A DNA stretch of 63,032 nt, counting the filler, from Phoronis australis (Eukaryota > Animalia > Phoronida): the NCBI GenBank assembly GCA_002633005.1. It is 11 parts of 11 records of this genome, joined end to end, with 100 filler letters (N's around TTAATTAATTAA, not from the genome) between each part and the next. Parts side by side here need not be neighbours in the genome. Positions count along the whole stretch, not along the records: positions 1 to 21,944 come from NMRA01000307.1; 10 more parts are not named here. The stretch is one strand, 5' to 3'. Position numbers and translations under genes: made by a program. Below are positions 1 through 13,479 of the stretch, piece by piece (position 1 is the stretch's first letter; each line of letters starts with the position of its first letter). The notes under the pieces were generated by a model, which was not told where the DNA came from, did not search any database, and saw only the letters and a list, made by a program, of their open reading frames with translations.

Positions 1-418
1 CTGCCCCCTCCCGCCTCCCCCTTGCCCCTCCCCTTCCCCCCTCTCCCTCTCCCTTAACCAAGCAATCGTGTAGCGAACACATTAAAAGTGAAATCCCTTT
101 CCCAGATGCAGATTGCTCTTGCTAATAAATCACTACAAATGTTTCGATTGGACTTACCCATGATGTACGAACCAATCAATAAATATTTGGATTCATAACT
201 CAGTTGGGACCTATAGACATGGACTTACTTGTACTGACTCCGTGTCAAACAAAAATGTAACATTATAGAGCTGGTAGCATGCATTTTGACCAAGCGTTTT
301 TTCTCGACTTATCAGCCACTTCGAAAAATATGAATTTTAATGTCGAGTACTTATGATGAAAATCAAAAAAATCTCATGATTTTTTTAAGGCGGAGATGTT
401 TGACTTCCATTCACAAAC

Positions 419-587
419 CTCGGAGCCAAGTCATCAATGACTCGGAGTTTATTGAGAGGTAGGTCGTCCTTCAGCGGCTGACACAATATACGATAGTTCC
501 ATTGTGCAAAGTCTGGGATGGTGTCGTTGATCATACCCATCAGGGAGGTAGGGAGGAAGGCGTAGTTTTCCAGCGGACTCTTGCGAC
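419..587 (-). CDS. Exon 5 of gene A (gene probably continues beyond window start)
   Basis: caacag| acceptor; (G)RKSPLENYAFLPTSLMGMINDTIPDFAQWNYRILCQPLKDDLPLNKLRVIDDLAP; 3' boundary inferred at AG|GTTTGT donor (alternative: read-through to stop at 385). Confidence 0.8.
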
Positions 588-647
588 CTGTTGTGACACA
601 TATATGTAACTCGGTGGTGACCAATCGTGTTTTGTGAAGTTGCAAAG

Positions 648-1478
648 GGACTATTCTATGCCCCTCAACCCCCACACTCCACGACCCCCTCGACCTACAA
701 ACCCTCGATCCACAACACCCTCGACTCACGACATATGTAACTTTGCGCTTTGTAAACATTTCATAATCATATTATGTCGCTGAATGACTTTCCTATGAGA
801 CTTGCTTACACGTGAATCTGCTCTGGCTCAAGTCTGGTGGTTAAAAACAAAAAAACGGTGTAAGAACATGTTCTGAAATTGCGAATTGTTAGCGTGCTAT
901 CTTTGTCACGGAAATGGTTCCGCGAGCGGTTACCAATGGCCCTGTTCTACTAATTTAGGGAGAGAATTTATTAAAGTAAATGCACATAATTTCAATTTTT
1001 TATTATTTGCTTCCTGCTGTATACTCGTTTACAATGTACTTCATGTAATGTTGAGATACTTTTAGTTAACAGTTTGCTTTTTTAAACTGTAACTACGTAA
1101 GAAATTATGTATTCGTCAGTTTTTCGCTCTCCCAGAAAAGCTTAAATCTGCCATTTACTGAGCAGCAAACGCTGCCGGGAACGGCATTTGTAACGTCGAT
1201 ATTTCTTTGATTTGATTTGGTCTTGTTGTTTTTTTTTGTTTTTTGGTTTTCAAACTTGCCGAATCAACTCTTTTAATTGCAAAAGTACATGGAAAAGCAA
1301 GCCGAGCTCAAGGCCTGAATCGCCGGTCCTGCAAGTCAGTGCCTGCTCTATGTTCAGATCGACTCGAACTTAAGTAGTCTGGTTCGAGGGGATGTGGGTC
1401 GTAGGTTGAGGGGGTCGTGGGTCGACGGAATCGTGGGGTGTCGGGGTCGAGGGGTTCGAAGGGGTTTTAGAACAATCC
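648..1478. mobile_element. Non-autonomous TIR element with subterminal CGACCCC-type arrays in gene A intron
   Basis: Ends GGACTATTCTA / TAGAACAATCC; inverted arrays of cgacccc/ggggtcg; flanks gttgcaaag / gatgcaaag (possible 9-bp TSD, 1 mismatch). Confidence 0.55.
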
Positions 1479-1689
1479 GATGCAAAGTTCTGTAGCAACT
1501 TGCGCAATGTCCCGGTTCATTCATTTCAAAATGAAGGCACACATTTTACGTTTGTCAAAGATGCTTGCGGCAATATTTGATTATGCAAGTACATGCACAG
1601 CGTGTGACTTGTTAGCATAGTGTCAAACTCGCATACACACATAGCAAAAGTCGTGTTCCTCGCATTGGTCTAAAAAGATTGAAACTCAC

Positions 1690-1806
1690 CCGTATACCCT
1701 GAGAATCTGATCTTCTCTTGAAGGTCGAACCACGTGGCGGCGTCTAAGAAATGGCGATCACTGTCGAAGGACTCGTCAATGGCATTCGTAGACTTCGTCC
1801 AAGCTC
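1690..1806 (-). CDS. Exon 4 of gene A
   Basis: tcttag| acceptor, |gtgagt donor; (G)AWTKSTNAIDESFDSDRHFLDAATWFDLQEKIRFSGYT+G; phases 1->1. Confidence 0.9.
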
Positions 1807-3090
1807 CTAAGAATCACAAAATTATTTCCTTCTTTGTATACAACATTGGTACATATAAGTACACCTGTATCCGTTAGATGATCGATGCTCCGTCTCACAC
1901 CTCGCCATTTTCATACACTAGATGGAGCTAGCAATCATTGGAATCCATGCATCTTAGACAAATTTTACTCATGCAGTGGTTTGAAGTTTCATTTGAGGGA
2001 ATCATTCCATTTCAAATATATACATATAAAATAGTGTAAGAAATCGTGCAACTCTGTATACGTTCATTAAATGTTGTCTTTGAGCCTCGGTATGCAACAG
2101 AGTAGCTACATTTACGGTCCAGGTTCTCCCACCATTTAACAAATCTTGAATCATGTATTTCCGAACCACCCTTCGGGAAAAATTCAAAAACGTGTAAGCT
2201 TACCTCAACTCCGCCAATGATGGATGCATTATATGTGACTGCAATTGCATTCAATTCGCTACAGTCTACATCGGAAGTGGCGATTTGTTATTATGAATTT
2301 GGCCGGAAATGGGTAAAAAAAAAACATTTCTGAATAAACCCGAAGACAATCTCCATCTTTCTCCAAAACTGAAGATTACTACAGTGATTGAATTAGTTTG
2401 CAGGTTTGTCTATGTTGAATACATTGTATTATAAAAAGTCGTTTTTATATTTTATTTTATTTTATTTTCTAATACATTTAAGGCCCGGACAATAAATACG
2501 CAAAGACTAGTCTGTGGTTGGACGTGTCATATCTAGCCTTTACAAGCAGTAAAACAACAAGTGTTCAATATATAAGAAACAAATAATGTAAATTAGCAGA
2601 AAAAAGGGGACGGGGGGGGACTTTCATGCACCTTTCAGGCATGTACACACATTCACGCCGTGCTTAAATGATGGAGGCTAAAAATTAATAGACGTATCAA
2701 ATGAAAATATCAATATCTATTTAGATGAGAGTTGTTACAGCCAATAGATCTTGGTGATCGGTAGTGGTGACATTATAACCAAACCCACGCGAGCTTTAGA
2801 TCCTTGGGCAGGGTCACACGGCTGTCCAAAAGGGATTGTACATATGGAAGTGTTCGCAGCTGGAGCATACTTTCACAATTGACAAAATATTGATCAGTGT
2901 GCAATGTTTAGTATCTTTTTTCGTAAACATTTATTAATACGGTTGGAAAACTAACTGAGCAGAATATAAAAACAGGGTAGTATATGCATCATCAACTTAA
3001 TGTAGTCACAACGATTAATTAACAGCGGAAAGTTTGACCCAAACTAAACCACAACGAATATGTGCATCATCAACTTAATGTAGTCACAAC

Positions 3091-4385
3091 GATTAATTAA
3101 CAGCGGAAAGTTTGACCCAAACTAAACCACAACGATCATTTTTGCCGTTAAAACTACTGCTACTAACACAACACACAGTTTGAGTTTTGAATTTTTTTTT
3201 TCAGGTTCTTGCATTGTCTGTGATGGATGTCAAGACACATGGGAAACTGAAAATTTCCCCGGTATAAGCATGGATATGGCCATGTTATCGTTGTCGATTT
3301 CTAAGCTTGTGATTGACTAATGCGACAACGTACAGTGCTATCCCTCGGTAAGTACTGGTATATTAGAAGAGCATAAAGATTATTTTCTACAAAAAACGTG
3401 CAACTGAAAGTGTGTGTTTTTCCCGAATATCAGGAAAAGTGAAGTTGCCTCAAGATATGGTCTTATCTTGAAAAAACTGGATTTTGCACACGGCCTACAA
3501 GATACTCGCCAAACTCAACCTCTCATGGTCAACATTATTGCATATAATGTACATGTATATAAGCGGAAATTAAATCTACACATATGCAGTATAAATTTAT
3601 GTCTCAAACTAGTGGCAGAGGAATATTTGTGTTGCCTCTATTGAGTTATCACGTAGTTTACCTTCAAGGTAGCATAGCGTAGGTTTGAAATAAGGTTTGT
3701 AGTTCCTGATGCTGCTGTCTTGTAGTTTCCAAGCTTTNGATTAATTAACAGTGGAAAGTTTGACCCAAACTAAACCACAACGATCATTTTTGCCGTTAAA
3801 ACTACTGCTAGTAACACAATACACAGTTTGAGTTTTGAATTTTTTTCCAGGTTCTTGCATTGTCTGTGATGGATGTCAAGACACGTGGGAAACTGAAAAT
3901 TTCCCCGGTATAAGCTTGAATATGGCCATGTTATCGTTGTCGATTTCTAAGCTTGTGATTGACTAATGTGACAACGTACAGTGCTATCCCTCGGTAAGTA
4001 CTGGTATATTAGAAGAGCATAAAGATTATTTTCTACAAAAAAACGTGCAACTGAAAGTGTGTGTTTTTCCCGAATATCAGGAAAAGTGAAGTTGCCTCAA
4101 GATATGGTCTTATCTTGAAAAAACTGGATTTTGCACACGGCCTACAAGATACTCGCCAAACTCAACCTCTCATGGTCAACATTATTGCATATAATGTACA
4201 TGTATATAAGCGGAAATTAAATCTACACATATGCAGTATAAATTTATGTCTCAAACTAGTGGCAGAGGAATATTTGTGTTGCCTCTATTGAGTTATCACG
4301 TAGTTTACCTTCAAGGTAGCATAGCGTAGGTTTGAAATAAGGTTTGTAGTTCCTGATGCTGCTGTCTTGTAGTTTCCAAGCTTTG
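3091..4385. repeat. About 647-bp near-identical tandem duplication around single N at 3738
   Basis: 3091-3737 vs 3739-4385 differ by a few SNPs/indels; first copy holds only the 3' part of exon 3; a separate 78-bp tandem duplication lies at about 2982-3137. Confidence 0.9.
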
Positions 4386-4438
4386 AAGTACTCCCACATC
4401 TCTTCTATCTGCTCTTGAACCGTTGATTTTCCCAAAAC
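4309..4438 (-). CDS. Exon 3 of gene A
   Basis: ttcaag| acceptor, |gtaaac donor; VLGKSTVQEQIEEMWEYFKAWKLQDSSIRNYKPYFKPTLCYLE+G; phases 0->1. Confidence 0.9.
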
Positions 4439-5549
4439 CTTGAATATGTTAAAAATTTCTAAACGGTGCACCAATCAAACTTTTATCTCCTAGAAACTTA
4501 AAAACTAGACCTGTTACAAACATTTTCACAAACGCACAAAACTTTATTTACAAATCCCATTTCTCCTCCTATTGTCTCTTTTTTCAAAAACAATTTCCAT
4601 AATAGTAAAAGGAAAGCAAACCCGTTTTTTGCCCAGGAATTGCTATTATAAACGACTTTCGCAGCTCCATTAAACAATCATCAAATTGTGGGTTGGTTTT
4701 TTGAAAAATATCTTACAAAGTGTGCCAAACTGACAATATTGCTTTTTTTTGCCAATAACCTCCGAAGCGTTGGTCGTTTGGTGAGCTTCGACGTATTACG
4801 ATGACATAATTCCGGTAGTGTAATAGTATTTCTGGCCACTACTAATTTGCGACATGGCATTTTGAGGATGTACCTTAAGGAATGCACCAACCACCCGGGT
4901 ACAACCGCAGCAGTGTACTGCACCAATGCGTAACAGACCATACAATGTAATTGGGTTCGTTTAAATCTCGGAAACTGACCAAATTGTAGCCCAGTTTTTC
5001 GACACGATACTTTAACCACTGATTCCCGTATTTTATCCTGATGTCACAGGCCGTGATAGGAGTTTCTTACGTTACTTTTATTACCCTAAAGATACGTCAG
5101 ATATCAATGTTAAACAGACATCTTGACGTCAGCGGTTCTTGTACAAATCCATTGACCAAATACAAGGTGACGTGAGGCGGGTGGACTTTCTAACGGGTGT
5201 GTAAATAAAAGCTTACCGCAATAACACCACGTTAAGTTCTGACACAAACTCGACAAAGACGCTATTTTTGCGACATAAATTCGATCAAATTTTGGAAAAA
5301 ATATCCAAAGTTGAAAAGAGTCTAGATTATTTTTGTCGAAAGCTGTCTAGTGAATTTTGAGAACTATTGAATTCAGATAGCCACAAATGACCGTTAAAAG
5401 GAAGTTCCTTAACCCCAAAACGCACCATTGAAGGTGAACTGCTTTCTTTTTGCGAGCATTTTTAACATGTACGGTGTTTTATTCCGTAGCACGAGTCAAT
5501 AAAGGTCGAACCTCCCACTGCGTCATGAAGTCCAGTCATCTTCGCTTAC

Positions 5550-5803
5550 CTCGGGTGGCACAGGAGGAAACTCGATCGGGTCAACGGCGTGATACTCTTT
5601 ACTGGTTTTACTCGGCTGGTAGAGGCGGTAGTCGTTGTGTCTCGTTCTAAATTCCACCCCGTTGAGGACCGCCATAAACTCTCCCATCCCCACTGTTCTA
5701 ACGTTGTTGGCGTGGTCGTGGATTGCCGCGACACTTCCATCGCCGATAGCCGCTTGGAAATAGGGTCTGGTGCCCGAGCGCATCACCCTGACCTGTTTGA
5801 GCC
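5550..5803 (-). CDS. Exon 2 of gene A
   Basis: ttccag| acceptor, |gtaagc donor; (G)LKQVRVMRSGTRPYFQAAIGDGSVAAIHDHANNVRTVGMGEFMAVLNGVEFRTRHNDYRLYQPSKTSKEYHAVDPIEFPPVPPE; phases 1->0 consistent. Confidence 0.9.
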
Positions 5804-6067
5804 CTGGAATATCAAAGGGAGGAGTCTCAATCTAGAACCCAATCTTTGAGTACGATTGTTAATGAAATGCACAAAACCAATGTTCAATAGCGCTGTGTAT
5901 CTATAGTTTTGGTAACGTCATGGAAACGTTATTTCTGGCGACATACCAAGTTTTATCAAAAATGTAGAGAACTGGGATCTGCATGTATTGTGAACAGAAG
6001 GTCACAGGAATTCAAGGTCATCTGTGTAAAAAATGAAACATCGCATAAGATGAGGATTATAGCACGT

Positions 6068-7069
6068 CAGTGGCGGATCTAGGATATCACAAGGGGGGGC
6101 CCAACATTTTGTCCGGCTGTAAGAATTTGTGTAAACTGAACCACGATTGTAGATGCGCATAGCACCGAATGGGGGGAGGNNNNNNNNNNNNNNNNNNNNN
6201 NNNNNNNNNNNNNNNNNNNNNNNNNNNNNNNNNNNNNNNNNNNNNNNNNNNNNNNNNNNNNNNNNNNNNNNNNNNNNNNNNNNNNNNNNNNNNNNNNNNN
6301 NNNNNNNNNNNNNNNNNNNNNNNNNNNNNNNNNNNNNNNNNNNNNNNNNNNNNNNNNNNNNNNNNNNNNNNNNNNNNNNNNNNNNNNNNNNNNNNNNNNN
6401 NNNNNNNNNNNNNNNNNNNNNNNNNNNNNNNNNNNNNNNNNNNNNNNNNNNNNNNNNNNNNNNNNNNNNNNNNNNNNNNNNNNNNNNNNNNNNNNNNNNN
6501 NNNNNNNNNNNNNNNNNNNNNNNNNNNNNNNNNNNNNNNNNNNNNNNNNNNNNNNNNNNNNNNNNNNNNNNNNNNNNNNNNNNNNNNNNNNNNNNNNNNN
6601 NNNNNNNNNNNNNNNNNNNNNNNNNNNNNNNNNNNNNNNNNNNNNNNNNNNNNNNNNNNNNNNNNNNNNNNNNNNNNNNNNNNNNNNNNNNNNNNNNNNN
6701 NNNNNNNNNNNNNNNNNNNNNNNNNNNNNNNNNNNNNNNNNNNNNNNNNNNNNNNNNNNNNNNNNNNNNNNNNNNNNNNNNNNNNNNNNNNNNNNNNNNN
6801 NNNNNNNNNNNNNNNNNNNNNNNNNNNNNNNNNNNNNNNNNNNNNNNNNNNNNNNNNNNNNNNNNNNNNNNNNNNNNNNNNNNNNNNNNNNNNNNNNNNN
6901 NNNNNNNNNNNNNNNNNNNNNNNNNNNNNNNNNNNNNNNNNNNNNNNNNNNNNNNNNNNNNNNNNNNNNNNNNNNNNNNNNNNNNNNNNNNNNNNNNNNN
7001 NNNNNNNNNNNNNNNNNNNNNNNNNNNNNNNNNNNNNNNNNNNNCCCCCCCCCCATAAATCCGCCTATG
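6068..7069. mobile_element. CA...TG MITE spanning an assembly gap, 5-bp TSD CACGT
   Basis: Left end CAGTGGCGGATCTAG, right end TAAATCCGCCTATG; cacgt at 6063-6067 and 7070-7074; left part matches 61590-61703 in reverse complement. Confidence 0.75.
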
Positions 7070-7142
7070 CACGTGTACACAATGCACACTGGATAAAAAG
7101 TAACGTAACACATTTCTCGTCAAGCATTTAATGGTATTCCCC

Positions 7143-8043
7143 CAGGGTGTTCCATTGAAATTGGAACTCCAGTGTACAACAGAAATCCGGGAGTCGAGAA
7201 CAGACTCCCGCACCCTCAAAACAGCTAAGTAGCCATTAAAACGGGAACCTCGGGGATCGGAGAAGACATCCGGGGACGGAAACACCACTCCCGCACTTTT
7301 TTTCAGAATAAATGCCCGGCGTTGAGTTCAGAAATTGTGATTTCGAGTTCCGTTTTAAAGATCATTGAAAAACACTTTTTGAGGGCAAGAACGGTTAAGT
7401 AGGCGACAGTGCAGGTCTTTTTAATGAATTATTTTCGAGTTTCATTTCAAAATCCGGAAATTGTGCGGTCATAGTGTAAACTTGAAAAGTGAATCCACAA
7501 ACCCTAAAATCCAGGCAATTGAAAGATATTTAAAGGAATTAATTAACAATGGCACTTGAAAGTCGACAAATTGTTTCAGTTTTTTTGTTTTTGAAAATCT
7601 TTTTTGGAGAAAGTAATGAATAATCTGAAGTTTTCTAAATATTCACCGACATAAATACGTGTTGAGAGTATAGATTTTATTGAAATTAGCCCACAGAAAA
7701 GTTGCACGACTGATTTTTACCGATAAAAATCGAATAACAAAGTCAATATAATACAAGTTACGTTTCAGGATTGACAATTTTAACAAAAAATGCTGAAAAC
7801 AACTGGAAAGTACTCTAGCTCAAAATCTAAGGCTACTGACGTTGTCTCAGAAAATTTAAAAACTCTGTGTCCGAGTTTTCTGTCCGATCCCTGGTATCCC
7901 TTTTTAAAAGGTCGGGTTTCGTGTTTTAAAGCTCGGGGTTGGTGTTATCCGGGCTGGTTAGCTGGTATGAAAGTGTGCGAGTCTGTCTTGGACTCCGCGA
8001 TATCTGTTTTACACCGGGAATCTAATTTCGATGGAACATCTTG
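7143..8043. mobile_element. Old long-TIR MITE (same family as 32198-32534)
   Basis: CAGGGTGTTCCATTGAAATTGG... inverted against ...CTAATTTCGATGGAACATCTTG; arms over 100 bp, diverged; TSD decayed. Confidence 0.65.
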
Positions 8044-8607
8044 TCACTGTGGTACCATGACATGTTACATTTAAGCGATTTGACTTGTTTCCTGGAATGA
8101 ACAGAAAGCCAAGAAACAGTCCGACATTTATTGAAAGCATCCTAAGCTTTTCTAGTTGTGGTTATACATGTACTTCCACACAATCGACAATGTTTTGTAC
8201 AGGGTATGCATGTGTATCAGCCATAACTTTTTCGGAATTTAGATTGCCGTGGAACCTACGCAACCTAACTTATTGAATTGTCAAAATTCACACGTTTAGG
8301 TCACGTGTCTATTGCTGACAAAGTCTGATTAAATTTTAATTTTCATATTTTGTGTTAGTATTCCATAGTGGCTTTCCAATCGACCAAATTTTCGAAATTA
8401 GTACAAGTTGGCCTAATGTTGTGTACTAGGTCAAATCAATTCAATGTTTAGTCAGTTGCCCTTGTATTAAAATTTTGTACATGTACATGTGTATGTACGC
8501 TATGAGAATCGGACACAGTGTTTTCTTTTCCTTGATGACAAGTGTCTCGTTCACTCATACATGTGCAACGGGTGCAATATTGTAGCCCACCGGAAGTTAC
8601 AGTGTAC

Positions 8608-8770
8608 CTGAAGACCCTTCAGCTCGAAGTTGTTCTTCCTTCATCAGTTGTTCCATCATCAGTTGGCGTGTCAACGCTGATACAATGTTCTGACCATTGC
8701 TGTCTGCTGCTGTCGCCATAGATACCAGAGTGAGAGCACACGTGACCACAACCACACCAGGAAGATGCAT
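8608..8770 (-). CDS. Exon 1 of secreted protein of unknown function (gene A), with signal peptide
   Basis: ATG at 8770; MHLPGVVVVTCALTLVSMATAADSNGQNIVSALTRQLMMEQLMKEEQLRAEGSS+G; hydrophobic N-terminus with ATA/A-type cleavage site; donor G|GTACAC; phase 1 joins exon 2 in frame. Confidence 0.85.
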
Positions 8771-11700
8771 CTACAAGTATACAGTCCGAGTGTAGACGGC
8801 GTTTGGTTGACAGCCTCCATTCGCACAGAAGGCGGGAAGGATTCTTGTTTACTTTGTTGTTAACTGGCAGTAAAATTCAGGCCTCTACCCTTATCTGTAC
8901 GTTAGATATCTGCTTGTTGCAGTCATCTAGGCTCGCCATGTAATGTCCCCTTACACTGGAGGAGTCGGTAAAAGTTAGGAATTAAACTAGAATGGGGCGG
9001 TGTTTACGTGGGTCGAAACAACGAACCCATTTCAAATTAATTAAGATGGCAAAGCTAAAATAACTACCTTGAACTGCTGTCCGACAACAGCGTAACTACA
9101 GGAAACAAGACGTGACCAATTCCGTTGTTTCACGACTTAAAATTGAAAACTCGACTCTCCTTGATGTAAACTGGACGTTCCAAGATAATAGTTATGTTAG
9201 TACTTTAACATAGTTCAACATCAATTCAATTAAATTGATTGTGATCGACTGCTGAAGACGCTATACTCAGTTGCGCCTTTGCCTCATACATCCATATTCA
9301 CTTCAACTTGCAAAACGCTCAGTCGCCTACATTGATCTAAGAGATTTAAATAAAAAATGAACTTAACTGTGTCGTACATGTATTGTACCAGGTGCGAAAT
9401 CCCAACCCCAGTGAAATTCAGACCAAAAATTCCATGTTGTATAGGCTCTGGAGGTTCAGAAAAGTCGAATGGTATGTCAACCAGCAGTGATATTAGAAAA
9501 ACTTAATGTGAATATCGTAAATTGGCCATCACGGCCACAGGTTATGGGTCAGTTTGGAGAACCTAAGACCCATCTTAGGTTTTCGGCCTTTTTTGCTTTC
9601 ACTTTTAATGGGCCCGTTGTTGCGAGTTAAGGAAACAAAGTGTGCGTCAATGAAATTATTTTTTGAGCCAAGGACGCTCAACAATCACCGTGACCTGAGG
9701 AAAAAAATACAGACAACCTACCTTGATCTTCGCTGGACACAGATCACTCCAATGTGTAAAACCAAATTCTCGCACACCTTTTAAGTCTGCGGCACGAGCG
9801 GTATTTGAGTCACGCGAGAGGCAATTGCAGGGGATTACTGAACCGGCGTTGACGTAGGTAACACAAAGCCGCGTTTAGTTCGTGCTGCATCTTTGACGAC
9901 AAGTAATTCCTTGAAGTTTGTCAAAAGATTATTCGCATATTTGCTTTAGGACTTATAATTACATGCCATCATGTTTTTGGCAATATTTGCAGATTTTAAA
10001 AGGGGTTGAGATGTTCCAAATCTATATTTTTTTACAAATTTTATTGGTTTTTAATGGTTCGAGTATAAACTGGACATGTTTTTGTGAGTTTTCTCTTGTT
10101 TATAATTTCTCCACGAAAACGTTGAGAGCGACCATTGCTTCATAAATATCTTGGGATACCGAATAAGTAATCCGTAAAGGACACGCACATATAATTTTTT
10201 ATGCTCACGGATCAAGGATCATGATTTTTCCGACCTATAACACCCATGTATTTAATAATTTTGTTCCGTTTAACTACTTAGTTGTAAAACTCGGGCCAAA
10301 AATAAATTTTTACTTGTTTATTTTACCTGGTTTAACCATTTTACAGCTATGTTTAGCCAGTGTAGTGGTAAAATTAGAGGTACATGTAAGTAGGCGCTCA
10401 AAGCCCACGGTATCACCTTGACCACTGAACGTAACTTACGGTGAGTAGGCGCTACGTTCGAATACCAAAAGGTGGTTGGCTGCGCCTACGTGCGCCTACG
10501 CCCCACTACAGAGCTGTGTTTAGCATGAAATGGGGATGAAAATGATGAACGTCTCAGTGATAAGAATGAATTTACATGAGAATTAAATCAAGTCATTGCA
10601 CTGGATTACCTAAAAGCGGGTCATCAGGACTGAGTGGCTTGGGCTGTGAATGGTACCTTGGTAGGTCTTTTAATGAAAACCTACATCTCGTTAATGACAT
10701 TAAGTTGATCTCCAGATTTGAAAGTTTTATAAATACATTGGCCATCGGCATAACCTTAAACCGATGGCGAATTGTCTCTTAAAAGTCAACGGTCGAAAAA
10801 GCTGTGAAAAGCAGCAAGCCAACATGAGAACCATTCCTCAAAATATTTGTTGACATGTGAGTCAATGATTACAATCCGTTGTGACATGAAATACGGGTAA
10901 GAACCAAACATTGTTGGACAGCATGGTCAGATCCTAGAGTGATTTTCTTGAATATCCAACAAAATAGTGTGATCTACCGGATCGAAGGCGTCAGAGAGAC
11001 CAATAGCTGCAATTAAGTTTAATCGTTATCACTGAATATAAGATGTAAATGTCAAGAGAGCAATTCATCCACACACTTTGGACATGAAGGGAAGGCTTGA
11101 TATTGATCGATAAATTTTTGGTTCGCCTCAGCTGGATTTCCTTTTTGGAAAACGTATGCAACTAAAAAGATCGCACCACAAACTCAGTTGGTAAAAAACA
11201 CAGAAATCACACCAAAGACGCTATTTGGCCTTGCATGGATGTGTCTCAAAAAGGGGGTTAAGCTTAAGGCCCGATTATTGATGACGACGAACATGCTAGT
11301 ACATGCACCAGTACACATCCTGATGGTAATTAAGAAAGTACCGGGAAATTGTTGACAGCAAGAGCACCGGTTTTCTAATATGTCCGAGCCAGATGACTTC
11401 ATAGTTGATAACCAGTCCGTTTTAGAACACTATCGTGTTCCGCGGTGCATGGGCAAATGGCGCCACTAACATCAGTATTGCTTGTACATGAATGAATACA
11501 CCAATTTACAAAGTTACATGTATATGAAGGTATGACGGCGTAAGGCTAACAAACCAGTTCGTGTTTCAAAGATGTCAAAAACCATCTGAGAACCAGTTAC
11601 CATTACAGTCTCAAGACAGTCTCGTTTTGGAGTTACTAGGGTGTTTTATACATGTATGTCCACACTTGTCTTAAGTGTATCAGTTGTGTTGTTTTCATTA

Positions 11701-13479
11701 AATCCGCATTTCAGTATTTACAAATTGTTTCGTTTTCTGATTATATTTGTACTCAAAATTCTCCAGGAAGTCACATGGCGCTTGCTACAAATTTAATCAT
11801 CCAAGTTTTTAATGAGACATAACCATTTAAAGCTAACCTTTGTACATATTAACATGATAATTAACACGACCACTTCTTTGAAATTATCAAGAAATGTGTC
11901 GTTACAATTCTTATCAAATGGCTTTGGGATCGCACCGAAAGTTGCTTAACGCTGTCCCGATCTGATTAAAAGTATCCATGTTGTCCCTGAAACGAATACA
12001 CATCCATGAATTATGATAATTCTGTTCGAGATACTACCCTGCTATCTAACTAATTACGCGGTAATTGCGTATGTTTATTTTATGTGCTCGGGTATCCAAT
12101 CTCCGGTGACTGAATAAACAGGCTGATCGTGATCTCTCGGAGTGACGAGGGGATTTTTCATCTTCAAAATCCACTTGAACGCAGTAGCTGTGTTTGAACA
12201 GCCCGCAATTGACCCTGGGAAAGTGTGAAGTTGTCGTTATGTAGACACATTGAAGCATAACACGACGCTCAACAGTGATTTGTCCTTGTTGCAAAATCGT
12301 CAGGCGTGTATCGTAAGCAAAAGTGCATCGATTAGTTCTGAAGAACGTGCTCGTTTGAGTGAATATTTTGACAACGGCGTGCCGTCTATGCTTTCTCTAT
12401 TGTTAAGGCATATTTTTAACGTAATTGTTGTACTTGTAGTGTCTGGCATGATCTAGAATTGTACCAAAACGGACGCCCGAAAATACATGTACGTAACACC
12501 CCTAAATACTATTCTGATTTGGAGACGAGCACTATGGCGATGGCCTATTCATAAACAAAATTCCAAGAAAGACCCTATAAAAATCTGAGGCCCACATGCC
12601 ATAGCGTGTTTTCCAAAACAGACTGGTTATATTGCATTCACAACTTGCGACTCAACGTGATTTACTTCAGAGAAGTTGTGAGAGTTAAAACCAAGACATT
12701 CTAGACTACCCCAGTACGGAGACGTTACAAATTCTGTTCTCAGCAATGGCTTGCAAAGTTAATCTCAAGCCGTAAATCGGGACACGTAATATTTCATCCC
12801 CCAAGAGAGGGCGTGACCGGTATTTGGGCTCACAAAAAAATCCCAGTCTACTAATCAGTGTTTGGTGTTTCTAAGGAGTACTTGGACACTGAATCACGGA
12901 TCTCAACAAAATGTTCAGAGAATGAATGTCACCACGCGTCGAGAAATTACACGTCATCATTTCAAAACATACAAGTATCATCATGTGCCTACAATGTACA
13001 AGCTGGATGAGGATTTGTCGGCGTGACATCATTTTGGATCACCTGATCTTTCAGTTTAAGAAGAAACCTCTTTAAAGGTTTCTAAAAACGTATCGTTACA
13101 GCCAAGAACACAACCCTATTCTTTGTTTGCGTTTCGTATGATCTCGATAATAAGATACTTATTGCAAAGTAAACACATTTACGTTGGAGTCGCAATCAGC
13201 TCGTTGCCATTTGCATAATTTTAAACGTTGCCAGTTTAACCTAGAGGTGCCTGTCATTCAAAGGCACACGATCGGGTTAATGGAGCGTTATAAAATACGC
13301 TGTAGTAGAGATCTTCACTGATTAAAAAACAGTTGCATGGGTCGCGTTAGTTCCAATAATTACGCGTTTGAGAACACCTTTAGAGGCGCCGATGAACAAT
13401 ACAGTAATTTCAGTTGCTAAAGTGGTGCTTGTACATGGTTTCTTGACATTAATACTTTTAAGTGTTTTAAAGTACAGTA

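Noticed and set aside
158-210. Possible exon 6 of gene A (SQLSYESKYLLIGSYIM, AG...GTAAGT, in phase)
   Set aside because: Weak polypyrimidine tract and no resemblance to the expected family sequence; cannot support without transcripts
385-418. Premature stop truncating gene A (…FVNGSQTSPP*)
   Set aside because: A plausible donor AG|GTTTGT at 419/418 precedes it, so read-through into the intron is the simpler explanation
6002-7288. Long ORFs of 301-428 aa
   Set aside because: Composed almost entirely of translated Ns
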